This document shows positions 9,628 through 19,865 of a stretch of 64,000 nucleotides of DNA, piece by piece (the first letter of the stretch is position 1; each line of letters opens with the position of its first letter). This DNA comes from an uncultured Bifidobacterium sp. (GTDB lineage Bacteria; Verrucomicrobiota; Verrucomicrobiia; Limisphaerales; JADLHS01). The stretch is from positions 53,621 through 117,620 of the forward strand of contig CAZKMR010000004.1 of NCBI GenBank assembly GCA_964553795.1, read 5' to 3'. A program made the translations under genes and the position numbers. Below the pieces are notes generated by a model. That model had not been told where the DNA came from. It did not search any database and saw only the letters and a program-made list of their open reading frames with translations.

Positions 9628-10677
9628 ATGAAGCTGCCATTGTTGCCAATCGCTAGTTGCTGGTTGGCCCTGACCGCCATTTCCGGGCGGGCGCAGGAAA
9701 CCGTCACGCCGCCGGAAAACACATCTGCCGCGGCTCCGCTCTCGGCTCGCACCAATCAATTGTTCGCCATGAGCGCCCCGGGCAATCGTGCGGCGTGGTT
9801 GCAACGCTTGACGCTTGGCCCGGGCGACCTCGTGAATATTTCGCTCTACGAGAAACCCGAAACGGCCCGGGTGGATGTCCCCATCGGTCCGGACGGGCGG
9901 ATTTCATTTCTGCAAGCCGAAGACGTTCCTGCCGCGGGCTTGACCATTGATGAACTGCGTGAAGCGATGGACAAGAAACTCGGGGAATATTACGCCAGCC
10001 CGCGCACCATCGTGACGCCTTCGACGTTTCGAAGCAAAAAATATTACATCCTTGGCGCCGTGACCCAGAAAGGCGTCTTTTCGCTACGCCGTCCGACCAC
10101 GATGATTGAAGCCATCGCCCAAGCCGGCGGCCTGGAAACCGGCATCTTCGAACTGAACACGGTGGAGATGGCCGATCTCTCCCACAGTTTCGTCGTGCGC
10201 GGCGGCAAACGACTCGAAGTGGACTTTGAGCGGCTGTTTCAGCAAGGCGACTTGAGTCAGAACATTGTGTTGGAGCCGGAGGATTACATTTACTTCGCGT
10301 CAGCGGCGGCGAGCCAGATTTTTGTGGTAGGCGCAGTGACCGCGCAGGGTGTAGTTCCCTACACGCCCAATGCCAGTGTGATTTCGGCCATCACTTCGCG
10401 GGGCGGTTTCGTGGACAAAGCCTACCAAAGTCGCGTGTTGGTAATTCGCGGTTCGTTGAACAAACCCGAAAGCATCGTGGTGGACGCCAAAGCCATCCTG
10501 GCGGGCGAACAACCGGATTTCAAACTGGAGCCGAAAGACATTGTTTACGTTTCGCGCCGGCCCTGGGCGCGCGCCGAGGAAATTATTGATAATGCCACGC
10601 TCACGTTCATTCAGGCGGCCGTGGTCACTTACACGACCTCGCACGCCGGCCCAATCATCAAAACTCCCATCAAGTAA
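9628..10677 (+). CDS. Polysaccharide export protein (Wza-like, Poly_export + SLBB)
   Basis: Signal peptide MKLPLLPIASCWLALTAISGRAQE. LGPGDLVNISLYE...IGPDGRISFL and YYILGAVTQKGVF motifs are present. The start was moved from 9481 to the ATG at 9628. Confidence 0.8.
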   Translation: MKLPLLPIASCWLALTAISGRAQETVTPPENTSAAAPLSARTNQLFAMSAPGNRAAWLQRLTLGPGDLVNISLYEKPETARVDVPIGPDGRISFLQAEDVPAAGLTIDELREAMDKKLGEYYASPRTIVTPSTFRSKKYYILGAVTQKGVFSLRRPTTMIEAIAQAGGLETGIFELNTVEMADLSHSFVVRGGKRLEVDFERLFQQGDLSQNIVLEPEDYIYFASAAASQIFVVGAVTAQGVVPYTPNASVISAITSRGGFVDKAYQSRVLVIRGSLNKPESIVVDAKAILAGEQPDFKLEPKDIVYVSRRPWARAEEIIDNATLTFIQAAVVTYTTSHAGPIIKTPIK

Positions 10678-10683
10678 CCGACC

Positions 10684-11751
10684 ATGAAAAAGATCTGTTT
10701 CCTGACCGGGATAAGCCTTGGGCTGATGCTGGTAGCGGGCTGCCAAATTCCCAAATTCAGCGATGCGCCGCGGTTCGACCCGTACGCCGGCAGCGCGGTG
10801 TTTACTTCCGTCAGCGGAATCGGCGCGGAACGCACACTTGACCCGGCTCTGCTCGAGCCCAGCCAGAATCTTTTTACCCTCGGACCGGGCGACGAGGTCG
10901 AAATTGAAATACTCGGTCGCCCCGACAGTCGCACTGAATTAACCATCGGCCCGGACGGAAAGATTTATTTCGATTTGTTGCCAGGGACGGACATTTGGGG
11001 GTTGACCATCGGGGAGGCGCGGCGGCTGCTCGAACAGAAGCTCGACCAGTTCTACACAGGTGTTCAGGTTTCGCTGACGTTACGCAACGTGGGCAGCAAG
11101 CACATCTGGATGTTGGGCTCGCTCGACAAGCCCGGACTGTATCCCACCACCGCACCAACCACCCTGTTGGAAGCCTTGTCACTCGCCGGGGGCACGCGCC
11201 GTTCCCGCTCCACGGTAACCACGGTGGACACGGCTGATTTGCGGCACGCGTTCGTCGTCCGCCAGGGCGAAGTCTTGCCGGTCAACTTCCAGCGACTACT
11301 GCGCGAAGGCGATATGTCACAGAATATCTATTTGCGCCCGGATGATTTCATTTATGTGCCCTCGGGCGCGGCCCGCGAAATCTACTTGTTTGGCGCCGTC
11401 CGCACGCCGCGCGCGATGCCGGTATCCGAAACCCCGACTTTGGTGGCGGCAATCACCGCCGGCGGCGGCACGCTCCGTGACGCCTACCTCTCGCAAGTCG
11501 CCATCGTTCGCGGCTCGCTGACATCCCCCGAAATCGCCGTCGTCGATTACCAGGAGATCATCGAAGGACGCGCGCCCGACATCGCGCTCGAACCGCGCGA
11601 CATCGTGTTTGTGCCGAACAGCCCCTATCGTTTCATCCGCAATTACGTGGATGCCATCCTCAACACGTTTGTGTTCACCGTGGCGGCGAATGAAGGCGCC
11701 AATGCCTTTGGTGGCACCGGCGTGGATGTTGCCGTTCCGGTGGGCAACTAA
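10684..11751 (+). CDS. Polysaccharide export lipoprotein (Wza-like paralogue)
   Basis: Lipobox LVAGC. LGPGDEVEIEILGRPD...IGPDGKIYFDLL and IWMLGSLDKPGLY are present. Same architecture as the preceding gene. Confidence 0.8.
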   Translation: MKKICFLTGISLGLMLVAGCQIPKFSDAPRFDPYAGSAVFTSVSGIGAERTLDPALLEPSQNLFTLGPGDEVEIEILGRPDSRTELTIGPDGKIYFDLLPGTDIWGLTIGEARRLLEQKLDQFYTGVQVSLTLRNVGSKHIWMLGSLDKPGLYPTTAPTTLLEALSLAGGTRRSRSTVTTVDTADLRHAFVVRQGEVLPVNFQRLLREGDMSQNIYLRPDDFIYVPSGAAREIYLFGAVRTPRAMPVSETPTLVAAITAGGGTLRDAYLSQVAIVRGSLTSPEIAVVDYQEIIEGRAPDIALEPRDIVFVPNSPYRFIRNYVDAILNTFVFTVAANEGANAFGGTGVDVAVPVGN

Positions 11752-11956
11752 ACTTCCACCAAGAGCGCGCTGAATCAGTCCCCGCTCGAAAACGGATGCG
11801 GTGGACTTATGTGAGACCCGGGGATTATCTGGTTTCATGTTGCGGAAAAACTTTTGTTGGAAAACTCGGCTGACGGCTTGACGCTCTGGAGGCGCGACCG
11901 CATATTCCACCGTCGTTCCACCGAGGCAAAAAGGTGATCATCCGTATTTGATTCGT

Positions 11957-13780
11957 ATGCGTAAGACGAAGGTTTGTGTATCCGGGGCCAAGGCCGTGAC
12001 CACGAAATCCAAGCGGAACACCAAAACGCCCGGGCGCCCGCCAGCGCCGCGCCCGCCCGCCACTTCCGAACTGCCGGAAAATATTCCCTTTGACGACGCC
12101 ACCCAACCCCATCGCATCCAACCGTTGACCGGCACTTCGCCGGCCGAAATCGCCGGCAAGATCAAGGAACTCGTGCGCCTCGCCCGCGAACAAGGCCACC
12201 TGACATACGGCGACATCAACGATGCGCTGCCCGACAGCCTGATTGCGCCGGAGGAAATGGATGACATCCTCACCAAACTCCGCAATCTCGAGATCGATAT
12301 CGTCGATGCCGCAGATTTGGACCAACTCAACCAGGTTTCGCACGAGGACGAGGAGAAAGGCCGCCTGGACGTTTTGGACGATCCGGTGCGGATGTACCTC
12401 AAACAGATGGGGCAAGTGCCGCTGTTGACACGTGAACAGGAAGTCGAAATTTCCAAACGCATTGAGGAAGCAGAACAGGAAGTGCAGCGCCTCATTTACT
12501 CGCTGGGCTTCACCGCCAAAGAACATCTGGCCATTGCAGACAAACTGACGGCGGAACCACCGCGGGAACGTTTTGACCGGGTGGTGCTGGATCAAAAAGC
12601 CAACGCCCGCGACGCTTACCTGCATGGCCTGCATAAATTGATCAAGTCCGTGCGGGAACTGGATCATCACGCCGACCAGTCGTTCTATGTCTGGCGGACC
12701 GCGGCCAGCGCCGCTGCGCGCACCCGGGCGCAGAAAGAGTTTCAAGCCGTTAACGCCAAACTTCAGGCGACGTTCAAGAAGTTCTATTTCAAACACAAGG
12801 TCGTCGAAGAAATGGTCGTGGTCGCGGAGAACATTTACGAAAAAATCCAAGCCAGCCAGCGCGCCATCGACGAAATCAAACACCGCTCCCACGACCGCCA
12901 GCACATGGTGGATTCGGAAAAGGAAAAAATCCGTGCGCTCGAAGATTTTGTGCGCATGCCGGCGGCGGATTTCGTCGCCGCGCACCGGGCCTTGAAGGAG
13001 TTCACCGCCCGGGCGCATCAGGCCAAAACCGAGATGGTGGAGGCCAACCTGCGCCTGGTGATTTCCATCGCCAAAAAATATACCAACCGCGGCATGTCTT
13101 TCCTCGACCTCATTCAGGAAGGCAACATGGGTTTGATGAAAGCGGTGGAGAAATTCGAATATCGCCGCGGCTACAAATTCTCCACTTACGCCACCTGGTG
13201 GATTCGCCAGGCTGTGACCCGCGCCATCGCGGATCAGGCTCGCACCATCCGCATTCCGGTCCACATGATCGAAACCATCAACAAGTTGATGCGGGCACAA
13301 AAGCGGTTGTTACAGGATTTTGGCCGCGAGCCCAGCGCGGATGAATTGGCGGACGACCTGCAATATCCGGTCGAACGCGTCCGCGCCATCCTGAAAATGG
13401 CGCAACAACCGATTTCACTCCAAGCTCCCGTCGGCGACGGCGAAGAAACCAGTCTCGGCGATTTCATCGAGGACAAGAACACGGAAAACCCAATCGACAT
13501 CACGAGCTTTGCCCTGCTCAAAGACAAGTTAACCGCGGTGCTCTCCAGCTTGAACGAACGCGAGCGGAAGGTGTTGGAATTGCGGTTTGGCATTGGCGAT
13601 GGTTATGCGCGGACGCTGGAAGAAGTCGGGAAACAATTTCGCGTCACCCGCGAACGCATTCGCCAGATCGAAGCCAAGGCGCTGCGGAAAATGCGGCATC
13701 CTACGCGCATTCGCCAACTGCACGGCTTCCTCGAAATCGAAGACATCGAGCACCTCTTGCAGGGTAAGGCATTTCTGTAA
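11957..13780 (+). CDS. rpoD: RNA polymerase sigma-70 factor RpoD
   Basis: Region 2 [27 protein letters not shown], region 4 [30 protein letters not shown], and a basic/acidic N-terminal region 1. The ATG at 11957 is preferred over the alternative start at 11948. Confidence 0.95.
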   Translation: MRKTKVCVSGAKAVTTKSKRNTKTPGRPPAPRPPATSELPENIPFDDATQPHRIQPLTGTSPAEIAGKIKELVRLAREQGHLTYGDINDALPDSLIAPEEMDDILTKLRNLEIDIVDAADLDQLNQVSHEDEEKGRLDVLDDPVRMYLKQMGQVPLLTREQEVEISKRIEEAEQEVQRLIYSLGFTAKEHLAIADKLTAEPPRERFDRVVLDQKANARDAYLHGLHKLIKSVRELDHHADQSFYVWRTAASAAARTRAQKEFQAVNAKLQATFKKFYFKHKVVEEMVVVAENIYEKIQASQRAIDEIKHRSHDRQHMVDSEKEKIRALEDFVRMPAADFVAAHRALKEFTARAHQAKTEMVEANLRLVISIAKKYTNRGMSFLDLIQEGNMGLMKAVEKFEYRRGYKFSTYATWWIRQAVTRAIADQARTIRIPVHMIETINKLMRAQKRLLQDFGREPSADELADDLQYPVERVRAILKMAQQPISLQAPVGDGEETSLGDFIEDKNTENPIDITSFALLKDKLTAVLSSLNERERKVLELRFGIGDGYARTLEEVGKQFRVTRERIRQIEAKALRKMRHPTRIRQLHGFLEIEDIEHLLQGKAFL

Positions 13781-13803
13781 TTCGCCCGCCGTAGCGCGGA
13801 AAA

Positions 13804-13880
13804 CTGGTGGGCCTGCTCGGACTCGAACCGAGAACCAAAGCATTATGAGTGCTCTGCTCTAACCATTGAGCTACAGGCCC
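13804..13880 (-). tRNA. tRNA with CAU anticodon (elongator type; features favour tRNA-Ile2/lysidine over tRNA-Met)
   Basis: Minus-strand sequence GGGCCTGTAGCTCAATGGTTAGAGCAGAGCACTCATAATGCTTTGGTTCTCGGTTCGAGTCCGAGCAGGCCCACCA folds as a cloverleaf. It has a 7-bp acceptor stem, anticodon loop CTCATAA, T-arm GGTTCGAGTCC and an encoded CCA. A G1-C72 pair excludes an initiator. Confidence 0.9.
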
Positions 13881-14027
13881 GTCGCGGCGCATAGTCGCAA
13901 AAGCAACGCCGCCTTTCAATAGCGGAGCATGAGCCCGCCAAATTCAATGAGGCAACGTGTCGATCCCGGGTTAGCCGCAACTCCGCCTTGAATCCCATTT
14001 GCTGCCGCGATAAAACGAAAACTACGA

Positions 14028-14600
14028 ATGCAATCCAGGAAACCCGACCACTCCCCCAAACGCCGCCGCAAGCATATTCTGCTGTGGAGCGCGGTCAGCG
14101 TGGTAACGCTGGGGGTGCTGGGTGGGTTTATCGCGTATCGCGCGGCCTTTGGCGGTTACGCGCCCAAAGAACTAATGCAGGATATCAAGGCTGGCGTCGC
14201 CGCGCGGGAGATCCAGGACGCCGACCAGCGATTCGCCAAATACCTCGAACTACGCTACGGCCCAATGACTGACGCGGCCAATCGTGAGAAGGCGTTTCTG
14301 GATTTCTTCAATCCCGAGCACATCCGCGCGCTGCAATTCATGGTCCAACACTCGCCCGCCGAGCAGCGCCTCGCCAACATCAACGCAAGCGCGAACTGGG
14401 TGGCGAATTACCGCAGTAATCTGACCGCCGCTGAACGCGTGGCCCTGAATGAAAAGCTGAATTCCGACACCGGCCGACTCATGCTCAAACAGGCCACCGC
14501 GCAATACAATGCCCAGGATATTTATTATCGCGGTCATACCGCCGTGGTAATTTCTGAATTGCTACGCACGATTCACGAGGTGCAAAGATCCACTCGCTAA
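14028..14600 (+). CDS. Membrane-anchored hypothetical protein
   Basis: 190-aa ORF with a basic N-terminus, one TM helix ([21 protein letters not shown]) and coding-like composition. I recognise no family. Confidence 0.6.
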   Translation: MQSRKPDHSPKRRRKHILLWSAVSVVTLGVLGGFIAYRAAFGGYAPKELMQDIKAGVAAREIQDADQRFAKYLELRYGPMTDAANREKAFLDFFNPEHIRALQFMVQHSPAEQRLANINASANWVANYRSNLTAAERVALNEKLNSDTGRLMLKQATAQYNAQDIYYRGHTAVVISELLRTIHEVQRSTR

Positions 14601-14607
14601 CACCACC

Positions 14608-15177
14608 ATGAATGGCACTCGATTCCAGCGTTGCCGCGCCTTTACCTTGATCGAACTACTGGTGGTGATTGCCATCATCAGCATTCTGGCCGGGCTGCTC
14701 TTACCCGCGCTATCGCGGGCCAAACGCAAAGCGCATTCCATCGCCTGCGTGAGCAACCTGCGGCAGATCGGCATCGCGTTGACCGCGTATGTGCAGGACA
14801 ACCGCGATCGCCTGCCCATTTGCGCCGGTTATCTGCCGAGTCAACAAACCAACCTGCCGCCCATTACCACCACACTATTCGCGGGTCAGACCACCAATCA
14901 ACTCTTTCGCTGTCCAGGCGAACACGAGATTTTTGCTGCGGAACAAACCAGTTACGCGTGGAATTTCTGGTTGAACGATGCGCCCTACTCCGCCCCGCAA
15001 TGGGCGGCGATTTACACGAACGAAGCCAGCGTCATCGTCAACGACCTGTTCGGTGGCCGCGACGAAACCCCCATCATCGGCGACGCGAATCCTTTCCACG
15101 GGCCCAGCGGCACGCTCAGCGGCAAAAACGCCCTTTATTTCGACGGGCGCGTCGAGAAAGTCAAAGCCCACCAGTAA
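14608..15177 (+). CDS. Prepilin-type N-terminal cleavage/methylation domain protein (type II secretion pseudopilin-like, DUF1559-type)
   Basis: The N-terminus [32 protein letters not shown] is the canonical prepilin motif. The C-terminus [12 protein letters not shown] is typical of the PVC-expanded family. Confidence 0.85.
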   Translation: MNGTRFQRCRAFTLIELLVVIAIISILAGLLLPALSRAKRKAHSIACVSNLRQIGIALTAYVQDNRDRLPICAGYLPSQQTNLPPITTTLFAGQTTNQLFRCPGEHEIFAAEQTSYAWNFWLNDAPYSAPQWAAIYTNEASVIVNDLFGGRDETPIIGDANPFHGPSGTLSGKNALYFDGRVEKVKAHQ

Positions 15178-15270
15178 GGCTGGATCTCGAAACGAAGAAC
15201 CAGTTGTAACGAAACGGAAACGCGGAAGCGCGCTATTGCGCTTCGCGCCGTCACCGCTAACCTTCCCGCC

Positions 15271-16323
15271 ATGCGTTTCATTGGAACGATTATCGAAAAG
15301 CTGCAACGGCATCCGAAACGGATCGTGTTCCCGGAAGGGGCCGAACCGCGGGTGCTGCAGGCGGCGCGGCAATTCCATGCCTTGCGCCTGGGCGCGCCGA
15401 TTTTGCTGGGCGACCGGAGTCGCGTGAAAGAAACGGCTGCCGACCTGAACATTACCCTCGACGGCATTCGCGTGATTAACCCCGAGGACAGTGAGGAACT
15501 GGACAATTTCGCCCGTCGCTTCCATTCGTTGCGCCGCGAGAAAGGTATCAAAGAGGCCGAAGCGCGCGAGGCCATGTGCCAGCCGAATTTTTTCGGCGCC
15601 ATGATGGTGGCAATGCATCAGGCCGACGGACTCGTTTCGGGCGTCAGCCATTTCACCGGCAGCGTGCTGCGACCGTTGTTTCAAATCATCAAGGTCGCGC
15701 CCAACACCACAGTCGCTTCGAGTTGCATGGTCATGGAGGTCGAAGACACGCGCATCGGCGAGAAAGGCGTATTGTTCATGGCCGACTGCGGCGTCGTGCC
15801 CGACCCGAATGTGGAGCAACTGGCGGAAATCGCGCTGACCACCGCACAACTCGCGCATCATCTGCTGAGTATTCGGCCTCGCGTCGCCATGTTGTCCTAC
15901 TCGACCAAAGGCAGCGCCACGCATCCGTCCATTGGCAAAGTGCAGGCCGCGACCGCACTGGCGCGACAGAAGGCAGACCAATTGCATTTCCAGGCGGATT
16001 TTGACGGCGAAATTCAAGTGGACGCCGCGCTCGTTCCGGAGATCGCCGATCGCAAATCTGCTGAAAGTAAAGTCGCGGGCAAGGCCAACGTCTTGATCTT
16101 CCCTGACCTGAACTCCGGCAACATCGCCAGCAAACTCGTGCGACTCGTGGGCCATGCCAACGCCTACGGCAATATTCTGCTGGGACTGGACCGGCCGGCG
16201 GCTGATGTTTCGCGCGGCTCGAACGCGCACGACATTCTCGGCGTGGCGGCCATTGTGGGCGCGCAAGCGGTCAGTTATCACGAATTGTTCCCCGGCTCGG
16301 GCAAACATCTGCCCGGCGAATAA
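15271..16323 (+). CDS. pta: Phosphate acetyltransferase, catalytic PTA_PTB domain only
   Basis: 350 aa. RIVFPEGAEPRVLQAA, SGVSHFTG, LIFPDLNSGNIASKL and GPILLG-like motifs match Pta. Confidence 0.9.
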   Translation: MRFIGTIIEKLQRHPKRIVFPEGAEPRVLQAARQFHALRLGAPILLGDRSRVKETAADLNITLDGIRVINPEDSEELDNFARRFHSLRREKGIKEAEAREAMCQPNFFGAMMVAMHQADGLVSGVSHFTGSVLRPLFQIIKVAPNTTVASSCMVMEVEDTRIGEKGVLFMADCGVVPDPNVEQLAEIALTTAQLAHHLLSIRPRVAMLSYSTKGSATHPSIGKVQAATALARQKADQLHFQADFDGEIQVDAALVPEIADRKSAESKVAGKANVLIFPDLNSGNIASKLVRLVGHANAYGNILLGLDRPAADVSRGSNAHDILGVAAIVGAQAVSYHELFPGSGKHLPGE

Positions 16324-16329
16324 GCGGTC

Positions 16330-17415
16330 ATGCAAAACAGCACCACTCCGCGCGTGTTCATCGCCGCCACGCGTCAAAACGACGGCAAAACCACCACGTC
16401 TCTCGGCCTCATCGCCGCTTTGCGCGCCACGTTTCCGCGCATCGGATACATCAAACCGGTCGGCCAACGATTCGTCGCGATCGCTGAACAGAAAATTGAC
16501 GAGGACACCGTGCTGATGGACGCGGTCTATCGTTTGAATTGTCCGTTGGTGGACATGAGCCCCATTGCGGTCGAACCCGATTTCACCCGCAAGTATCTGC
16601 AAGCCGGCAAGAGCGAAACCTTAATCAAGAAAATCCACGACGCGTTTGATCGCGTCGCGTGGGAAAAGGATTTCGTACTGTGCGAAGGCTCGGGCCATGC
16701 CGGCGTGGGTGCGGTCTTCGATTTGTCCAATGCGCAGGTCGCCAAGCATCTCGGTTGCAAAGCGATCATCGTTTCGCGCGGCGGCATCGGCAAACCGATT
16801 GACGAAGTGGCGTTGAACCAGGCGCTGTTCGAAAAGGAAGGCGTCGAAATCATCGGGGTCATCATCAACAAAGTGTTGCCGGAAAAAGTGGACTTCATCG
16901 CCGATTTCGCGCGACGCGGCTTGAAACGCAAAGGGCTGGAGTTGTTGGGAGTGATTCCCCATCAACCGATGCTCTCCAGTCCGACAGTCGAATCCATTCG
17001 CGATGAACTCGACGCGGAAGTATTGAACGAACCCGTGCGTCTGAACGGCTTGATTGACGATGTCGTCGTCGGGGCCATGAGCGCCACGAACGCATTGAAA
17101 TTTTTCAAGCGCGGCATCTTGCTCATCACGCCCGGAGATCGGGAAGATATCCTGGCCGCAGCCGCCGCCAGCGAATCCCACAAGATGGCCGGGATTGTTC
17201 TTACCGGCGGACTCAGGCCGACCAACGGCATGTTGCGTTCCCTGCGCGAGATGAAAATCCCGGTCCTGCTCGCCGCCGAGGATAGTTATCAAGTCGCCTC
17301 CAAAGTGCATGACCTTACTGTAAAGACGCGCCCCGCCGACGCAGAAAAGATCTCATTGATTCGCGACATCGTCGCCAAAAATGTGAACGTTAAAAAAATT
17401 CTCGAATCCCTCTGA
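16330..17415 (+). CDS. BioD-like P-loop + DRTGG domain protein (equivalent to the N-terminal regulatory half of long Pta enzymes)
   Basis: 361 aa. The N-terminus is VFIAATRQNDGKTTTSLGL (P-loop-like). The C-terminal half has LLITPGDREDIL...GIVLTGG (DRTGG motif). It lies 6 nt downstream of pta. Confidence 0.8.
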   Translation: MQNSTTPRVFIAATRQNDGKTTTSLGLIAALRATFPRIGYIKPVGQRFVAIAEQKIDEDTVLMDAVYRLNCPLVDMSPIAVEPDFTRKYLQAGKSETLIKKIHDAFDRVAWEKDFVLCEGSGHAGVGAVFDLSNAQVAKHLGCKAIIVSRGGIGKPIDEVALNQALFEKEGVEIIGVIINKVLPEKVDFIADFARRGLKRKGLELLGVIPHQPMLSSPTVESIRDELDAEVLNEPVRLNGLIDDVVVGAMSATNALKFFKRGILLITPGDREDILAAAAASESHKMAGIVLTGGLRPTNGMLRSLREMKIPVLLAAEDSYQVASKVHDLTVKTRPADAEKISLIRDIVAKNVNVKKILESL

Positions 17416-18515
17416 TGCCCCTGCCCTTTCTGCTCAATCCAACGCTGGCGCAATTGCCTGTCTATCAGCCGGGCCGCCCCATCGAGGAAGTCGCGCGCGA
17501 ACTGAACCTGGCGCCCGATTCCATCATCAAACTCGCGTCGAACGAAAACCCGCTCGGGCCGTCGCGCCTCGCGCTCGCCGCGATGAAACGCGCATTGACT
17601 CACGCGCATTTGTATCCGGACGGCAACGCGTTTTATCTCAAGCAGCGCCTCGCCACCAAACTCGGAGTGACGCCGGCGCACTTGGTGCTTGGCAACGGCT
17701 CCAATGAAATCATCGAGTTTCTCGGCCACGCCCTCCTGTCGCCCGACGCCGAAGTGGTCGTCTCGCAATATTGCTTTGCCGTTTACCCGATTGTTACGGC
17801 GCTGTTCGGCGCGAAACTCGTCGTCGTTCCGGCAAAGAAATACGGGCACGACCTCGATGCCATGTTGACCGCCATAACGCCCAGAACGCGCATTGTTTTT
17901 GTGGCGAACCCGAATAATCCGACTGGCACGATCGTTTCGCCTGAGCAACTTCAGAAATTCATCCAAGCCGTCCCGCCCCAGGTCGTCGTCGCGCTTGATG
18001 AGGCGTACATCGAATTCTTGGCAGACAAACTCGATCTTCTGCCCGCCATCGCCGCGGGAACTTTTCCAAATCTGATTCTGATGCGGACCTTCTCCAAGAT
18101 TTATGGCTTAGCGGGGCTGCGAATTGGTTATGGCATTGCCAATCCGGAACTCATCACGGGCCTGGAGAAAATTCGTCAACCGTTCAACATCAATGCGATT
18201 TCCCAGGCGGGCGCGCTCGCGGCGTTGGACGACACCAAACACGTCGAAAAAACCCAGCGCGTTAATCAGCGCGGTCTCAAGTTTTTCACGCGCGCCTGCA
18301 AACAACTTAACCTGGAGTTCGTCCCATCCGCGGCAAATTTTATTCTCATTCGCGTCGGCGACGGCGCGCGAGTTTTTGCCGAAATGCAAAAGCTGGGCGT
18401 CATCACTCGCCCCATGGGTGGGTATCAGCTGGGCGAGTGGATTCGCATTTCCATCGGCACGCCCAAAGAAAACCAACGCTGCCTCGTCGCACTTACGCAG
18501 GCGTTGGGGCGATGA
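17415..18515 (+). CDS. hisC: Histidinol-phosphate aminotransferase
   Basis: 366 aa with LASNENPLGPS, NPNNPTG and the PLP-lysine motif FSKIYGLAGLRIGY. The start overlaps the previous stop (TGATG). Confidence 0.92.
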   Translation: MPLPFLLNPTLAQLPVYQPGRPIEEVARELNLAPDSIIKLASNENPLGPSRLALAAMKRALTHAHLYPDGNAFYLKQRLATKLGVTPAHLVLGNGSNEIIEFLGHALLSPDAEVVVSQYCFAVYPIVTALFGAKLVVVPAKKYGHDLDAMLTAITPRTRIVFVANPNNPTGTIVSPEQLQKFIQAVPPQVVVALDEAYIEFLADKLDLLPAIAAGTFPNLILMRTFSKIYGLAGLRIGYGIANPELITGLEKIRQPFNINAISQAGALAALDDTKHVEKTQRVNQRGLKFFTRACKQLNLEFVPSAANFILIRVGDGARVFAEMQKLGVITRPMGGYQLGEWIRISIGTPKENQRCLVALTQALGR

Positions 18516-18584
18516 ATTTAGGGTTGAATCATCGCTGGAACTGAATACTAATCTGCGCGTCAGTATTAAGATTAACGAGCCAAA

Positions 18585-19865
18585 GTGAAACCGACCGACC
18601 TGCGGGGCATCCTGCAATACATTCCGAGATTTCGGGAGAAGACCTTCATCCTCGCGCTGGATGGCGCCATCGTCACCGATGAGAATTTTGCCAACATCCT
18701 GCTCGACATCGCCGTCCTGCGCTCGCTGAACATTCGCGTTGTAATCGTTCACGGCGCCGCCGCGCAAATCAAAGCCCTGGCAGACGAACAAAAGGTGGCC
18801 GCCTCCAATCTCGACGGTGCCGGCATCACGGACGCCGCGACGTTGAAACTCTCGCTGACCGCCGCCAATCGGCTCACGCACGAAATTCTCGAAGGTTTAT
18901 CCGCCAACGATCTGCGTGCCGCCAGCACCAACGCCATCATCGCGCACCCGATGGGCATCATTCAGGGGGTGGATCACCAGTTCACCGGCAAAGTGGAGCG
19001 CGTGGATGTGGACCTCCTGCAATCCTTGCTGGCGCAGGGAGTGATTCCGGTGTTGCCGCCGCTCGGCTTCGACGGCGACGGCAAAACCTATCGCGTGAAT
19101 TCCGACGGCGTCGCACTGGCGGTGGCCGACGCGCTCAAAGCGGTGAAACTGATTTTCATTACCACCGCGGACGGCCTTTATTGTCAGGGCCAATTGATCC
19201 GACAAATGATCGTGGGCGAATTGACGACCTTGCTGGAAAAAAACAAATGCGAGTTCACACCCGCCAACCTCTCCAAGGCGCAACATGCCGCCGCCGCGTG
19301 TCAGGCCGGCGTGCCGCGCGTGCACGTCATCAACGGCTGCGTGGATGAAGGCTTGCTCGCCGAGGTTTTTTCCAACGAAGGCATCGGCACGTTGATTTAC
19401 GCCAACGAATATCAGCAGATTCGCCCCGCCAAGAAGAAAGACATTCGCGCCATTCAGGTGTTGACCCAGAAAGGTGTGCAATCCGACGAGCTAGTGAAAC
19501 GCACGCGCGCCGTTATCGAGAAGCAACTCAGCGATTATTTTATTTTTGAAATCGATCGGAATCCGGTCGCCTGCGTGGCGTTGCACGTTTATCCCGAGCA
19601 AAGCAAAGGCGAACTCGCGTGTCTCTACGTCAGTCCGTCGCACGAGAATCAGGGCATCGGTCGCAAGTTGATTCAATTCGTGGAAAGCAAAGCGCGCGAA
19701 CTGGAACTGGGTGAATTGCTCACCCTGTCCACCCAGGCGTTCACTTATTTCCAGTCCAAAGGCGGATTCACGGAAGGCAAGCCCGATGATCTTCCGAATG
19801 CGCGCCGCGAAAAATACGATCAGAGCGGGCGCAACTCGAAAGTCCTGGTGAAGAAACTCAAATGA
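18585..19865 (+). CDS. argA: Amino-acid N-acetyltransferase (N-acetylglutamate synthase; amino-acid-kinase fold + GNAT)
   Basis: 426 aa with an N-terminal AAK domain (FILALDGAIV...VIVHGAA) and a C-terminal GNAT (YVSPSHENQGIGRKL). GTG start. Confidence 0.85.
   Translation: MKPTDLRGILQYIPRFREKTFILALDGAIVTDENFANILLDIAVLRSLNIRVVIVHGAAAQIKALADEQKVAASNLDGAGITDAATLKLSLTAANRLTHEILEGLSANDLRAASTNAIIAHPMGIIQGVDHQFTGKVERVDVDLLQSLLAQGVIPVLPPLGFDGDGKTYRVNSDGVALAVADALKAVKLIFITTADGLYCQGQLIRQMIVGELTTLLEKNKCEFTPANLSKAQHAAAACQAGVPRVHVINGCVDEGLLAEVFSNEGIGTLIYANEYQQIRPAKKKDIRAIQVLTQKGVQSDELVKRTRAVIEKQLSDYFIFEIDRNPVACVALHVYPEQSKGELACLYVSPSHENQGIGRKLIQFVESKARELELGELLTLSTQAFTYFQSKGGFTEGKPDDLPNARREKYDQSGRNSKVLVKKLK

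Noticed and set aside
11825-13300. 491-aa minus-strand ORF
   Set aside because: It is fully antisense to rpoD, which has unmistakable sigma-70 motifs. The product is R/G/H/F-rich, as expected for the shadow frame of a GC3-rich gene.
13781-14027. tRNA-adjacent genomic island or integration site
   Set aside because: There is no integrase, no direct repeat of the tRNA 3' end, and the flanking genes (rpoD, membrane protein, prepilin-like) have native composition.
14875-16602. 575-aa minus-strand ORF
   Set aside because: It is antisense to the prepilin-like gene, pta and the DRTGG gene. It has shadow-frame composition (R, G, A, H rich) and no recognisable motifs.
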